DNA of 43,362 nt from Planctomycetota bacterium (GTDB lineage Bacteria > Planctomycetota > UBA1135 > UBA2386): positions 1-43,362 of the forward strand of contig JAYZDB010000115.1 in NCBI GenBank assembly GCA_036338025.1, given 5' to 3'. Shown here one piece after another: positions 1 through 8,850 of this stretch; position 1 is the stretch's first letter; each line of letters begins with the position of its first letter. The notes under the pieces are model-generated. The model ran no database searches, was not told the DNA's origin, and worked only from the letters and a program-made list of their open reading frames with translations. Made by a program: the position numbers and the translations under genes.

Positions 1-1113
1 CAACGGAACGGCAAGCAGACCAGCGTCGGTTTCACCATCTCGGCAGACGATTTTCCGATCGATGACCGCATCGCCAATTCCCTCAGCGGCCCAGTGCGAA
101 AAGCCTACCTCAATCGACGGATGCGCGGTCGAGCGAGACTGAACAAGGTCCGGGTGCTGTTCCACCTCGCCGATGACGGCAAGGCATTCGAATCTGAATT
201 CCGGGGCGACATCGAGGCCCGTGATATCTACATGGACGTAGGGCTGCCGGGTGGCCAGTCGGTCGAGCACCTGACCGGCACCGTCTCGATCACCCAAGGC
301 ACGGCGAATGCCGAAGGTGGTCGCATGTCAGGCCAACTGCACGATGCCCGATTCGAGTTATCGAACCACCAGATTCACGGGATCAACAGCCGGTTCGAGA
401 TCAACCCGTCCAAACTGACCCTGCGCAACCTGACATTCCAGACCGCCGGAGGAACCATCCGCGGCGGTTCGTCAGCAGACCCTCGGTCCTTCGAATATCA
501 GTTCACCGACCGGGGCAAGATCTACGCCTACATGAACTACCAGGGTCTCCGACTACGAGAACTCCTCAAGAACGAGGCGCTCGCCCACTCAAAAGTACGG
601 GGAATCTGCAACGGCAAGGTCATCATCCACGAACTCGACGGGGGCGACTTCCTCGACATGCGGGCCAGCGGTGACATCGGCGTTCACGATGGCAGGCTCG
701 GCACGGTTCCGCTGTTCTCTGCGATCTACAAGCACATCAAGGAAGACAAGCGGCCACAGTTCACCATGGGGCGAGTCGAGTTCATCGTGAAGGAACGCAA
801 AGTCCTGTTGCGGGAGTTCAACGTGCGCTCGAACCTGATCAAGGTCGAGGGCGAGGGCACCCTCGATATGGACGGCTACATGGACATCGACCTCAACGTC
901 CCCCGACTGTTCGGCTCCGCCGCCAACATCCTGATCCTGCCACCGCTCTTGAACGAGGTTTTCGCGAAAATCGTGCGGTTCAAGGTCTATGGCTACATCC
1001 GGGACCCCAAGATTGACCACCTCATGCCATTCAGCCCAGGCTTCGCTCGGCAATCGCTAGCGCCAATCCCACCAGTCCCGTTAGCATCTGGACCTCGTAG
1101 TTCATCCAAATAG
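1..1113 (+). CDS. AsmA-like / TamB-type C-terminal domain protein (5' truncated by window)
   Basis: The frame is open from base 1 to the TAG at 1111-1113. Beta-strand-rich, Gly-rich repeats and the C-terminal pattern (…KVEGEGTLDMDGYMDIDL…FKVYGYIRDPKI) are typical of AsmA_2-like C-termini. Confidence 0.65.
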   Translation, partial: QRNGKQTSVGFTISADDFPIDDRIANSLSGPVRKAYLNRRMRGRARLNKVRVLFHLADDGKAFESEFRGDIEARDIYMDVGLPGGQSVEHLTGTVSITQGTANAEGGRMSGQLHDARFELSNHQIHGINSRFEINPSKLTLRNLTFQTAGGTIRGGSSADPRSFEYQFTDRGKIYAYMNYQGLRLRELLKNEALAHSKVRGICNGKVIIHELDGGDFLDMRASGDIGVHDGRLGTVPLFSAIYKHIKEDKRPQFTMGRVEFIVKERKVLLREFNVRSNLIKVEGEGTLDMDGYMDIDLNVPRLFGSAANILILPPLLNEVFAKIVRFKVYGYIRDPKIDHLMPFSPGFARQSLAPIPPVPLASGPRSSSK

Positions 1114-1152
1114 CCGTCGCAGCGACCGTCACCCGCGACCCCCCTCAATAGC

Positions 1153-2229
1153 ATGCACGCCATCATCATGGCGGGTGGATCAGGCACACGATTCTGGCCC
1201 GCCAGCCGCAAGTCCCGTCCGAAGCAGTTCCTCCCGCTCGACCATGGTCGGGCCCTGGTGCAATCCACCGTCGAGCGCGTAAAGGGTCTGACAGGTTCCG
1301 ACCGGACCTGGATCGTCACCAACCCGGGCCAGGTCGATGGCATGCTGGAGGCCCTCGATGGATTTCCACGCGACCAGGTCATCGTCGAACCTGAGGCTCG
1401 TGACACGGCACCCTGCGTCGCGCTGGCGGCCGCAGCCATCGAAGCCAGGGATCCTGGCGCCACCATGGCGGTGATGCCGGCGGACCATCTCATCAATCCT
1501 GTTGACGCCTTCCACGGCGTCCTCAATCAGGGCGCGGAGTTGGCAGCCGACAACGAGACCCTGGTGACTTTCGGCATTCCCCCGTCGTACGCCGCAACCA
1601 GCTTCGGCTACATCGAACTCGGTAATCAACACCCGAGCATGCACACCGCTTACGAAGTGTTGCAATTCCGGGAGAAGCCCGACCAGACAACCGCACACAC
1701 CTTCCTGAACTCCGACCAGTTCTTGTGGAACAGCGGCATCTTCGTCTGGAATTTTGCATCGCTGACGAACGCCATGGGTTCTGCCAACCCGGATCTTCTG
1801 GCGGCCACCAACACGATGCTGGCTGCCAGCAAAGCCGGCGACGAAGCGGCTCTCAACCAGGCTTTCTGTAGGTGCCCCAAAACCAGCGTCGACTACGCAG
1901 TGATGGAAAAGGCGGAACGGGTCGTGGTGATCCGCGCCGACTTCAACTGGAATGATCTCGGTTCATTCGCGGCACTCGGCGCCATCATCGAAGCCGATTC
2001 CTACGACAACATCATCCTCAACGAAACGCTCAACGCAGCGGTACTACACCAATCCGAACGATGCACGGTGTATTCAGAGGGCCCCCAGACGGTGGCTCTG
2101 TTCGGCGTCCAAGACATCGTTGTCGTCAACACCGGCGACGCCCTGCTGGTGGTGCCGCGTGATCGGTGTGAGGACATCAAGGAGATGATCCAGCACCTGA
2201 AGCGGTCAAACCGCCAGGATCTCCTCTAG
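1153..2229 (+). CDS. manC: Mannose-1-phosphate guanylyltransferase
   Basis: IIMAGGSGTRFWPASR..PKQFL, EP.ARDTA, PADH, F.EKPD, WNSGIF, SVDYAVME and WNDLGS motifs. Confidence 0.93.
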   Translation: MHAIIMAGGSGTRFWPASRKSRPKQFLPLDHGRALVQSTVERVKGLTGSDRTWIVTNPGQVDGMLEALDGFPRDQVIVEPEARDTAPCVALAAAAIEARDPGATMAVMPADHLINPVDAFHGVLNQGAELAADNETLVTFGIPPSYAATSFGYIELGNQHPSMHTAYEVLQFREKPDQTTAHTFLNSDQFLWNSGIFVWNFASLTNAMGSANPDLLAATNTMLAASKAGDEAALNQAFCRCPKTSVDYAVMEKAERVVVIRADFNWNDLGSFAALGAIIEADSYDNIILNETLNAAVLHQSERCTVYSEGPQTVALFGVQDIVVVNTGDALLVVPRDRCEDIKEMIQHLKRSNRQDLL

Positions 2230-2232
2230 ACG

Positions 2233-2655
2233 ATGGGTGGGAGCGAGCCGGCGAAGAGGATCCTGGCTGTCGACTTCGGGGATCGCCGTACCGGGCTTGC
2301 CGCAACGGACTTCACTGGGTCCATCGTGACCCCCCTGCCCGCCCTCGTCGGGTTGAAGGACACCGATTGCGCCCGCGCAATCGCGGATCTGGCCGACGAA
2401 CGCGACACACAGGTGATCGTCGTCGGGCTACCCCTCGACACCGCCGGCCAGGTCGGCCAACGCGCCCAGCGGACTCTCAAGTTTGTGGATCTCCTGCAGG
2501 CGAGCGCTTCTCAGCCGGTGACAACCTGCGACGAGCGCGATACTACGGACGAGGCGCACGCCCTGCTGCGGGACGGAGGCATCCGCGCTGCCCAGCGCAA
2601 GAAGCTCGCCGACAGCGTCGCCGCCCTGGTAATCCTCAATCGGTTCCTGGCCTAG
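2233..2655 (+). CDS. ruvX: RuvX/YqgF Holliday junction resolvase-like / pre-16S rRNA nuclease
   Basis: ILAVDFGDRRTGLA, IVVGLP, DER.TT and D..AA..IL motifs; 140 aa. Confidence 0.92.
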   Translation: MGGSEPAKRILAVDFGDRRTGLAATDFTGSIVTPLPALVGLKDTDCARAIADLADERDTQVIVVGLPLDTAGQVGQRAQRTLKFVDLLQASASQPVTTCDERDTTDEAHALLRDGGIRAAQRKKLADSVAALVILNRFLA

Positions 2656-2663
2656 CCCCAAAG

Positions 2664-2897
2664 CTATGCCGCCGTGCCGGCAGCGCGTTCCGCCAGAGCC
2701 GTGCGACGACGCAAGACAATCCCGAGCACCAGCAGGCCGAGGCCGACGTAGAACAAGGGTTGCGGCTCGGGGACCGGAGCCGCCGGACCCGAGATCTGGG
2801 GCGGTACCGGACTGACAACGGGTTCTAGAACACCCCAAAGCGCTGCCGGCATCACGAAGAAAGTCAGCAGGGTCAGGATGGCGAAGATCGTCTTCAT
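2664..2897 (-). CDS. Very small secreted protein with PEP-CTERM-like sorting signal (77 aa)
   Basis: ATG start preceded by AGGA. Signal-peptide-like MKTIFAILTLLTFFVMPAALWG, a Pro-rich linker, then PVPEPQPLFYVGLGLLVLGIVLRRR (VPEP, TM segment, basic cluster). Confidence 0.65.
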   Translation of the reverse strand: MKTIFAILTLLTFFVMPAALWGVLEPVVSPVPPQISGPAAPVPEPQPLFYVGLGLLVLGIVLRRRTALAERAAGTAA

Positions 2898-3071
2898 CGG
2901 GCACACGTCCTAGGCAAGACCGGGGCAAACCGGCGGCGAACACACTGGTAAGCGTCGTGCGGCGATCGGTAGTGACAGCGAACTGGCAGGAATTGCCAGG
3001 AAACTTCTCACCGGACTGGCGATTGCGGTCGAATCGGAGTGCAGGAGGAACCTGGGGATCCGGGGATCTCC

Positions 3072-3099
3072 TTGCCTGAACCAACAGACGGGCTAGGAT
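3072..3099 (+). promoter_or_regulatory. Sigma70-type promoter of rnpB
   Basis: TTGCCT-N16-TAGGAT, ending 6 nt before the predicted 5' end of helix P1. Confidence 0.6.
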
Positions 3100-3105
3100 C
3101 CGGCG

Positions 3106-3486
3106 GTCCAATCCCGTTCGGGCGATCGTCGGCCACTGGCCGGAGGAAAGTCCGGGCTCCACAGGGCAGGGTGATGGGTAACGCCCACCGTTTCCTTCGG
3201 GAAATAGGGAAAGTGCCACAGAGACGATACCGCCGGCTGGTCGGGCTTCGGTCCGGCAACGGTAAGGGTGAAAAGTGTGAGGTAAGAGCTCACGACAGGA
3301 CCAGGAGACTGGTTCTGGATCAGGTAAACCCCACCTGGAGAAAGACCGCATAGGAGGGTCGCGTAGCCCGCGCCTAGATCCTCGGGTAGGTCGTTTGAGA
3401 CCGGTCGCGAGACCGGCATGAGAGAAATGATCGTCACCGAACCTCAGGGTTCGGGATCAGAACCCGGCTTACGAGCGGGGTTGGAC
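3106..3486 (+). ncRNA. rnpB: RNase P RNA, bacterial type A
   Basis: Universal motifs GAGGAAAGTCCGGGCTC, AAAGTGCCACAGA, GGTAAGAGC, GGTAAACCCCACC and CAGAACCCGGCTTA. The ends pair as P1 (GTCCAATCCCGTTCG / CGAGCGGGGTTGGAC). P18 is CCGGTC-GCGA-GACCGG and a P19 hairpin is present. Confidence 0.97.
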
Positions 3487-3536
3487 ACTTTCATCTGGCT
3501 GGGCCGGACCTTGCGGCCTCGAACCCGGCTGCTGCC

Positions 3537-4295
3537 CTAGCCCGGGTAGCGGGTCACGTGCCCGCGAATCTGCTGGGCCTTGTTCGCCACGTCTCGCGCC
3601 AGAGACCGCCAACCCGGCCCCAGACCTCCGAGATAGGTCCGCAAGAACCGCAGGGCGTCGGTCGAGGAGCAGGCCGATGGTGCCGAAGACAGCAGCCCCG
3701 CCAGGTCCTTGACGATCCATCGACGGCCCCGAAATGCCGGGCGGAAGGCCCGTTCCACGTCGATCAGCCATAGATGATTCGCACCTGCGTCCCAATCCGA
3801 TGGCCCTGGTGCCTCGGCGGCTGGGCCGGGGTCGGCTGCCAGATCGGTGAACACGTGGTTCCAGTACATGTCCCGAAACACCCAGCCGGCGTCGTGCAAG
3901 TGTCTCAAGAGCCCGGGCATCTCCCGAAGGGCGCGCGACCGGCCGAGTTGCTCGGCGAACAGAGCATCCAGCGGGCGGCCGGGCACACCGGCCATCCCGA
4001 CCACGCTGGCGCGGCCCCGTCGTGCAAAAAAGACCCGCCGGGGCACCTTCAGCCCCAGCGCATCAAGTGCGTCTAGAGCCTCCCATTCCGCCTCTGCATC
4101 AGCCCTGCGACCGCTCCGGAACTTGCAGAACAGCCGACTCCCGTCGGGCAGGATTTGCATCAAGGTCCGGCGCCATGGCGTAAAACGCACCAAGCGCCCA
4201 CGCGGGTCCATCAGGGCATCCGAGGCCTCTCGGTAGCCCAGGTAGTCACGGGTCGACGCGGCTAGATCAGTGGCGAATCGGAGTGAAGCGGGCAC
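3537..4295 (-). CDS. Lipopolysaccharide kinase (WaaP/Kdo/InaA family)
   Basis: LFCK, A.AEW..L..L...GL.VP, LHDAGWVFRDMYWNH, LWLIDVE and WIVKDLAGL motifs. The GTG start is uncertain. Confidence 0.75.
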   Translation of the reverse strand: MPASLRFATDLAASTRDYLGYREASDALMDPRGRLVRFTPWRRTLMQILPDGSRLFCKFRSGRRADAEAEWEALDALDALGLKVPRRVFFARRGRASVVGMAGVPGRPLDALFAEQLGRSRALREMPGLLRHLHDAGWVFRDMYWNHVFTDLAADPGPAAEAPGPSDWDAGANHLWLIDVERAFRPAFRGRRWIVKDLAGLLSSAPSACSSTDALRFLRTYLGGLGPGWRSLARDVANKAQQIRGHVTRYPG

Positions 4296-4397
4296 GGCAC
4301 AGAATTCTCATTTACCTCAGAATCACGGTTCCTTACTCGCGGCAACGCAAGGTAGATTCCCCGGCATCGACACAAGTCCTTAGCTGAGTCCCAGCAC

Positions 4398-5663
4398 ATG
4401 AATCCCAATCAGGTCCTCGGAGAAGAAAATCCATTCGAGGCGATGCATGCGAGGTTCGACCTGGCAGCCAGTAAGCTCGGCCTGGACCCGGGACTCTACA
4501 AGATTCTGCGGGAACCGGACAGAGAACTGAAGGTCGCGATTCCCACCTATATGGACGATGGCACCCTGCAGGTGTTCACGGGATATCGGGTCCAGCACTC
4601 CACCACCCGCGGGCCAGCAAAAGGCGGCATCCGATTTGACACCAACGTCAACATGGACGAAGTCCGCGCGATGGCTGCCTGGATGACGTGGAAGTGCGCG
4701 ATCGTCAACGTGCCCTTCGGAGGTGGTAAGGGCGGTGTGGTCTGTGATCCCTCCAAGATGTCGATCGGCGAACTCGAGCGGGTCACGCGACGCTACACCG
4801 CGGCGATCATGGATATCATCGGCCCAGATCGCGACGTGCCCGCGCCTGACATGGGCACCAACAGCCAAATCATGGCCTGGATCATGGACACCTATTCCAT
4901 GCACCAGCGCGAGACCTGCACGGCGGTGGTAACTGGCAAGCCAGTTGAGCTAGGTGGCTCGCTGGGAAGGCTTGATGCAACCGGACGCGGGATTCAGTTG
5001 TGTACCCGGGAAGCGCTGAACAAGCTGAACATCGACCCCGAGGAGTGCAGCGTCGCCATCCAAGGCGCCGGCAACGTTGGCCAGGTCTCAGCCAAGTACC
5101 TCAACCGCATGGGCTGCAAGATCCACGCGATCTCGGATATTCACGGGGCAGTGGTCAACGAGAACGGCCTGGACGTGGATGATATACAGACCCACCTCGC
5201 ACAACACCGCAGCCTGGAGACTTACAGAGGAGGCGACCGCATCACCAATACGGAGTTGTTGGTCTTGCCCATCGACATCCTGGTGCCGGCGGCCACCGAG
5301 AACGTCGTGACCAGCAAGAACGCGGAACAGGTCCAGGCAAAGTTGGTGGTCGAGGGTGCCAACGGACCAGTCACCCCGGCCGCTGACCGGATCCTTGAGG
5401 AGAAGGGCGTCACGGTAATTCCTGACATCCTTGCCAACGCGGGTGGCGTGACGGTCTCCTACTTCGAATGGGTGCAGGATCGCATCGCCTACTTCTGGGA
5501 CCAGGATGAGGTCGAATCCAAGATGGAGAACATCATGGTCGTTGCGTTCAACGAAGTCGTGAAGATGTCGGAAGGCTTCGAGGTCAGCTACCGCATCGCC
5601 GCCTACATGCTGGCGATCGACCGGGTCTCGCAGATGGCGCGCTTGCGCGGCATCTATGCATAG
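4398..5663 (+). CDS. gdhA: Glu/Leu/Phe/Val dehydrogenase (glutamate dehydrogenase)
   Basis: [55 protein letters not shown] and [14 protein letters not shown] motifs. Confidence 0.95.
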   Translation: MNPNQVLGEENPFEAMHARFDLAASKLGLDPGLYKILREPDRELKVAIPTYMDDGTLQVFTGYRVQHSTTRGPAKGGIRFDTNVNMDEVRAMAAWMTWKCAIVNVPFGGGKGGVVCDPSKMSIGELERVTRRYTAAIMDIIGPDRDVPAPDMGTNSQIMAWIMDTYSMHQRETCTAVVTGKPVELGGSLGRLDATGRGIQLCTREALNKLNIDPEECSVAIQGAGNVGQVSAKYLNRMGCKIHAISDIHGAVVNENGLDVDDIQTHLAQHRSLETYRGGDRITNTELLVLPIDILVPAATENVVTSKNAEQVQAKLVVEGANGPVTPAADRILEEKGVTVIPDILANAGGVTVSYFEWVQDRIAYFWDQDEVESKMENIMVVAFNEVVKMSEGFEVSYRIAAYMLAIDRVSQMARLRGIYA

Positions 5664-5775
5664 AACCCCAGCCCGGAGACCCTAAAACCCGTGCGGGCCA
5701 TTCAGCAGGTGCCAGTCCCCGGGCCAGGATCTTCACCAACGGGACCGCGTCCCGCTGCTCGCCCGCGGCGACGGG

Positions 5776-6288
5776 CTAGCTGAACTTCTTCTTGCGGATC
5801 CGCTGGACGGTCTTCTTGGTGGCGTGGGTCTTCTTGTCACCCACGAAAACAGCCTTGATCCCAAGCTCCTTGACAGTCTTCCGCTCGGGAATCGTCTTGG
5901 TGTTGTAGTCGGTACCCTTGGCGTAGAAGTCAGGTTGGATCATGCGCAGAAGATCATCCGCCGTCTCCTCCTCGAATACCGTTACGTAGTCCGTGAACCA
6001 GAGCGCTGACAACATCTCCATCCGTTCGCGCACCGGGTTGATCGGAAACCCCTTGCCCTTGAGCGCCTCGGCAGCTTTGTCGCTGTTGACAGCAACCACC
6101 AGGAAATCGCCGCGTGATCTGGCGTCCTCCAGGTAACGGACGTGGCCGACATGCAGGAGGTCGAATACACCGTTGGTCAGTACCACGGTCTTGCCGCTCG
6201 CACGAACGCTGGCGAGAATCGCACTGAGTGCCTTCAGATCCGGAATGATCTTGTCTTTGGATCTGACTTTGCGGGGAACAACTACCAA
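5776..6288 (-). CDS. Stand-alone cytidylyltransferase-family protein, RfaE2/HldC-like heptose-1-phosphate adenylyltransferase
   Basis: TNGVFDLLHVGHVRYLE.A...GD.LVVAVNSD, ER.E.L and KGTDY motifs. TTG start with AAGGAG upstream. Confidence 0.85.
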   Translation of the reverse strand: MVVVPRKVRSKDKIIPDLKALSAILASVRASGKTVVLTNGVFDLLHVGHVRYLEDARSRGDFLVVAVNSDKAAEALKGKGFPINPVRERMEMLSALWFTDYVTVFEEETADDLLRMIQPDFYAKGTDYNTKTIPERKTVKELGIKAVFVGDKKTHATKKTVQRIRKKKFS

Positions 6289-6412
6289 AAACAGCTCCTT
6301 TGAATTACCTGTCGCAGGACGCGTTCACCGTATCGGCCTTGGCACACGATGGCGAGAGCCGTCGGCAACAAAGCCGGAGTTTCGCGGCGGGTCCAGCCTG
6401 GCGCAATCTTGA

Positions 6413-7861
6413 TCACATCGACCGGATCCGGTCGATGAGGGAAGTAGTGGAGCACCCCTCGCGAAGCGGGATCAGCACCACCTGGCCGCCGTGATCCTCA
6501 ACCCACTCGCGCCCTACGACTCCCTTGTCCTGCCAATCCTCGCCCTTGGCGAGCACATGCGGGGTCAAGGCCTCGATGATGGGGAGCGGCGTGTCCGAGT
6601 CGAAGGGCACCAAATAGTCGACAGCATGGAGCGCAGCCAGCACGTCCATCCGATCTGCCAGACCATTGATGGGACGGTTCTCACCCTTGTCCTGCCGTTT
6701 CACGCTCTCGTCAGTATTGACTGCCACCATCAGGGCATCCCCGTAGGCCCTGGCTTGCTCGAGATAATCCGTGTGGCCGGGGTGAAGAAGGTCAAAACAA
6801 CCATTGGTGAACACCAGCCGCTTGCCGTCGGCGCGCAATTGCGCCGCAACCGAGACAGCTTCCTCCTGGGTGAGGATCTTGCCGCGGCCGATCTGACCAA
6901 GCATGGCCGAGAGTTCCTGGCGCGACACGGCATGAGTCCCAAACCGCCCCACTGTGATGCCAGCTGCGAGATTAGCGAGTCGAATGCTGTCATGCATGTC
7001 GACTCCGCTGGCCCGCGCCAGGGCCAGCATGGCTACGACTGTGTCCCCAGCACCCGTCACATCAAACACCGCCTTGGCAACCGTCGGAATGATGTGGGCG
7101 CGGCCGTCATCGGCTTCGTAGAAGATGCCCTCCTTGCCAAGGGTCACAGTGGCGGTCTTCACCCCGGTGATCGACTTCAACCGCTCGGCAACACGGTGAA
7201 GGTCGTCCCCAGAACCAATCGTGATCCCGGTCGCCGCCTCGGCCTCGGCCTGGTTCGGCGTCATCAGATCGACACCCTGGTAGAGCGTGTAGTCCTTGCC
7301 CTTCGGGTCGACAATCACCACACCCTCGACCGAGTGGGCAGCCTCGATGGCCGCCGTGATGATCCGACGGGTCACCATGCCCTTGCCGTAGTCGCTCACC
7401 AACACCGCGCTATACGGAAATGGACGCGCCGCCAAATGATCCAGTACCGCCGCTTCGGCGGCGTCCCGCACCAGATGTCGCTTCTCGGCATCGACTCGCA
7501 TCACCTGCGACGTGCGGCTCACGTAGCGGGTCTTGCGGGTGGTAGGTCGCGACGCATCCCGAACGATCGGCGAGACATCCACGTCGATCTGTTCGAGCAG
7601 TTCGAGCAACTGTTCGGCCGCCGCATCTTCCCCGACGACACCGAGTACGGTCGCCTTGGCCCCCATCGCGGCCAGGTTGGCGGCGACGTTGCACGCCCCG
7701 CCGAGCTTGAACCGCTCGGTGGCCGTCTCGAACACCAGGACCGGTGCCTCCGGCGACACCCGGTTGGCGACGCCCTCGATGTAGCGATCCAGGATCAGAT
7801 CGCCGAGGACCAGAATGTTGGCGGCAGGCAAGCCACGCAGCGTCTCAGCGAGAGGGTGCAT
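6413..7861 (-). CDS. hldE: Bifunctional heptose-7-phosphate kinase / heptose-1-phosphate adenylyltransferase
   Basis: PfkB kinase domain (GD.ILD, R.SPEAPV, GGA.NVAAN, SDYGKG, VDPK, TPN, VFDVTGAGDT) fused to FTNGCFDLLHPGH…KGEDW. Confidence 0.95.
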   Translation of the reverse strand: MHPLAETLRGLPAANILVLGDLILDRYIEGVANRVSPEAPVLVFETATERFKLGGACNVAANLAAMGAKATVLGVVGEDAAAEQLLELLEQIDVDVSPIVRDASRPTTRKTRYVSRTSQVMRVDAEKRHLVRDAAEAAVLDHLAARPFPYSAVLVSDYGKGMVTRRIITAAIEAAHSVEGVVIVDPKGKDYTLYQGVDLMTPNQAEAEAATGITIGSGDDLHRVAERLKSITGVKTATVTLGKEGIFYEADDGRAHIIPTVAKAVFDVTGAGDTVVAMLALARASGVDMHDSIRLANLAAGITVGRFGTHAVSRQELSAMLGQIGRGKILTQEEAVSVAAQLRADGKRLVFTNGCFDLLHPGHTDYLEQARAYGDALMVAVNTDESVKRQDKGENRPINGLADRMDVLAALHAVDYLVPFDSDTPLPIIEALTPHVLAKGEDWQDKGVVGREWVEDHGGQVVLIPLREGCSTTSLIDRIRSM

Positions 7862-8812
7862 CTAGCGAGTCTCCATCTCCATGCCCGCCTCCATGGCGGT
7901 GGCCAACAAGGCCTGGTGCAGGATCGGCAGCACGATCTCGTGCTGGCAGATCACCGACAGCCCTTCGCGCGGCGGACGCTTAACAACATTGGTGATGGCA
8001 CGGTACTGCTGCATCATATCGAAATTGCAAGTCGCAAAATCAGTGCCGAGTTGCCCACGGTTACGCGCGACTGACACTGCCTTCAGAAACACTTCGGGCA
8101 TGATCACGGCAGAACCGATGTTGAGCCACACGCCCTGGTCAAGTTTGCCAACGGTATCGGCCAGCACCCAGAAGTCCTGCAAGCTAGCAGCGCCGAGGGC
8201 CGCGCCGTCGAGATCAGGATCCATGTGGACAATGTCACAACCGACCGCCACGTGCACCGTCGCCGGCACTCCCAGGCGCCTGGCTTCGGCGTACACCGAA
8301 AGCTCTGCGTGCGGTTCGGAGGCGTCGAGGATGGTCTGCCCAACGGCCTCACCGTAGCCGACTCCCTGGTCGGCAGCACTGGCCGCGGCACCATTCAGAG
8401 CCGCAAAGGTCTCGGTCCAGAAACCGAAGGAACCATCCTCGAGACCCGTCGCAACATCCTCCGAGGTCTCACCCTGGTGAGCGATCTCCCAGTCGTGAAT
8501 CACTCCGGCACCGTTGGTCGCAACGTGCGTGATGAACCCACGGCGCATCAGGTCGATCAGCAGCGGGGACAGGCCCACCTTCAGAACGTGGGCGCCGAGA
8601 CCGACCCCGACCTGCTTGCCGGCCATCCGGGCGGTCACGATCAAGTCGACGATGCGCTTGAGGTTCTTGCCCCCATAGATTTCCGGCAAGCTACGGAACC
8701 AAGTGCCGAAGCCATCGACTGGCGGCAGGACTTGAGCGAAGTCCTCGCGCTTCACGAGATTCTCCCGTTCAGTCAGCGAACGCATCCGAAGGTCATCCGA
8801 GGACGGTCTCAT
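7862..8812 (-). CDS. Conserved uncharacterised protein with a deoxyhypusine-synthase-like (DHS-like NAD-binding) fold
   Basis: GLGAHVLKVGL, HVATNGAG.IHD.E, SEDV..GL.DGSFG, TVHVAVG.DI.H and LNIGSAVIMPEVFLKA resemble DHS-like proteins. Start placed at ATG 8812 to avoid overlap with lpxK; the stop abuts the hldE ATG. Confidence 0.7.
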   Translation of the reverse strand: MRPSSDDLRMRSLTERENLVKREDFAQVLPPVDGFGTWFRSLPEIYGGKNLKRIVDLIVTARMAGKQVGVGLGAHVLKVGLSPLLIDLMRRGFITHVATNGAGVIHDWEIAHQGETSEDVATGLEDGSFGFWTETFAALNGAAASAADQGVGYGEAVGQTILDASEPHAELSVYAEARRLGVPATVHVAVGCDIVHMDPDLDGAALGAASLQDFWVLADTVGKLDQGVWLNIGSAVIMPEVFLKAVSVARNRGQLGTDFATCNFDMMQQYRAITNVVKRPPREGLSVICQHEIVLPILHQALLATAMEAGMEMETR

Positions 8813-8850
8813 GCCTGCGATTAAGGGTGATGGGTCTACTGGCGGCAAAC

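Noticed and set aside
2911-2999. Sigma54 promoter for the PEP-CTERM-like gene
   Set aside because: Candidates have either GG-N8-GC spacing or lack the -24 GG (TTGC-N7-TTGC), so the required GG-N10-GC is absent.
3008-3437. ORFs 3039-3353 (+), 3008-3259 (-), 3093-3437 (-) and 2428-3351 (-)
   Set aside because: They overlap the RNase P RNA gene and have no protein-like motifs.
6491-8074. 527-aa plus-strand ORF, and many similar long antisense or alternate-frame ORFs across the window
   Set aside because: These are shadows of well-supported genes. High GC and codon bias suppress stop codons on the antisense strand, and the translations have no recognisable motifs.
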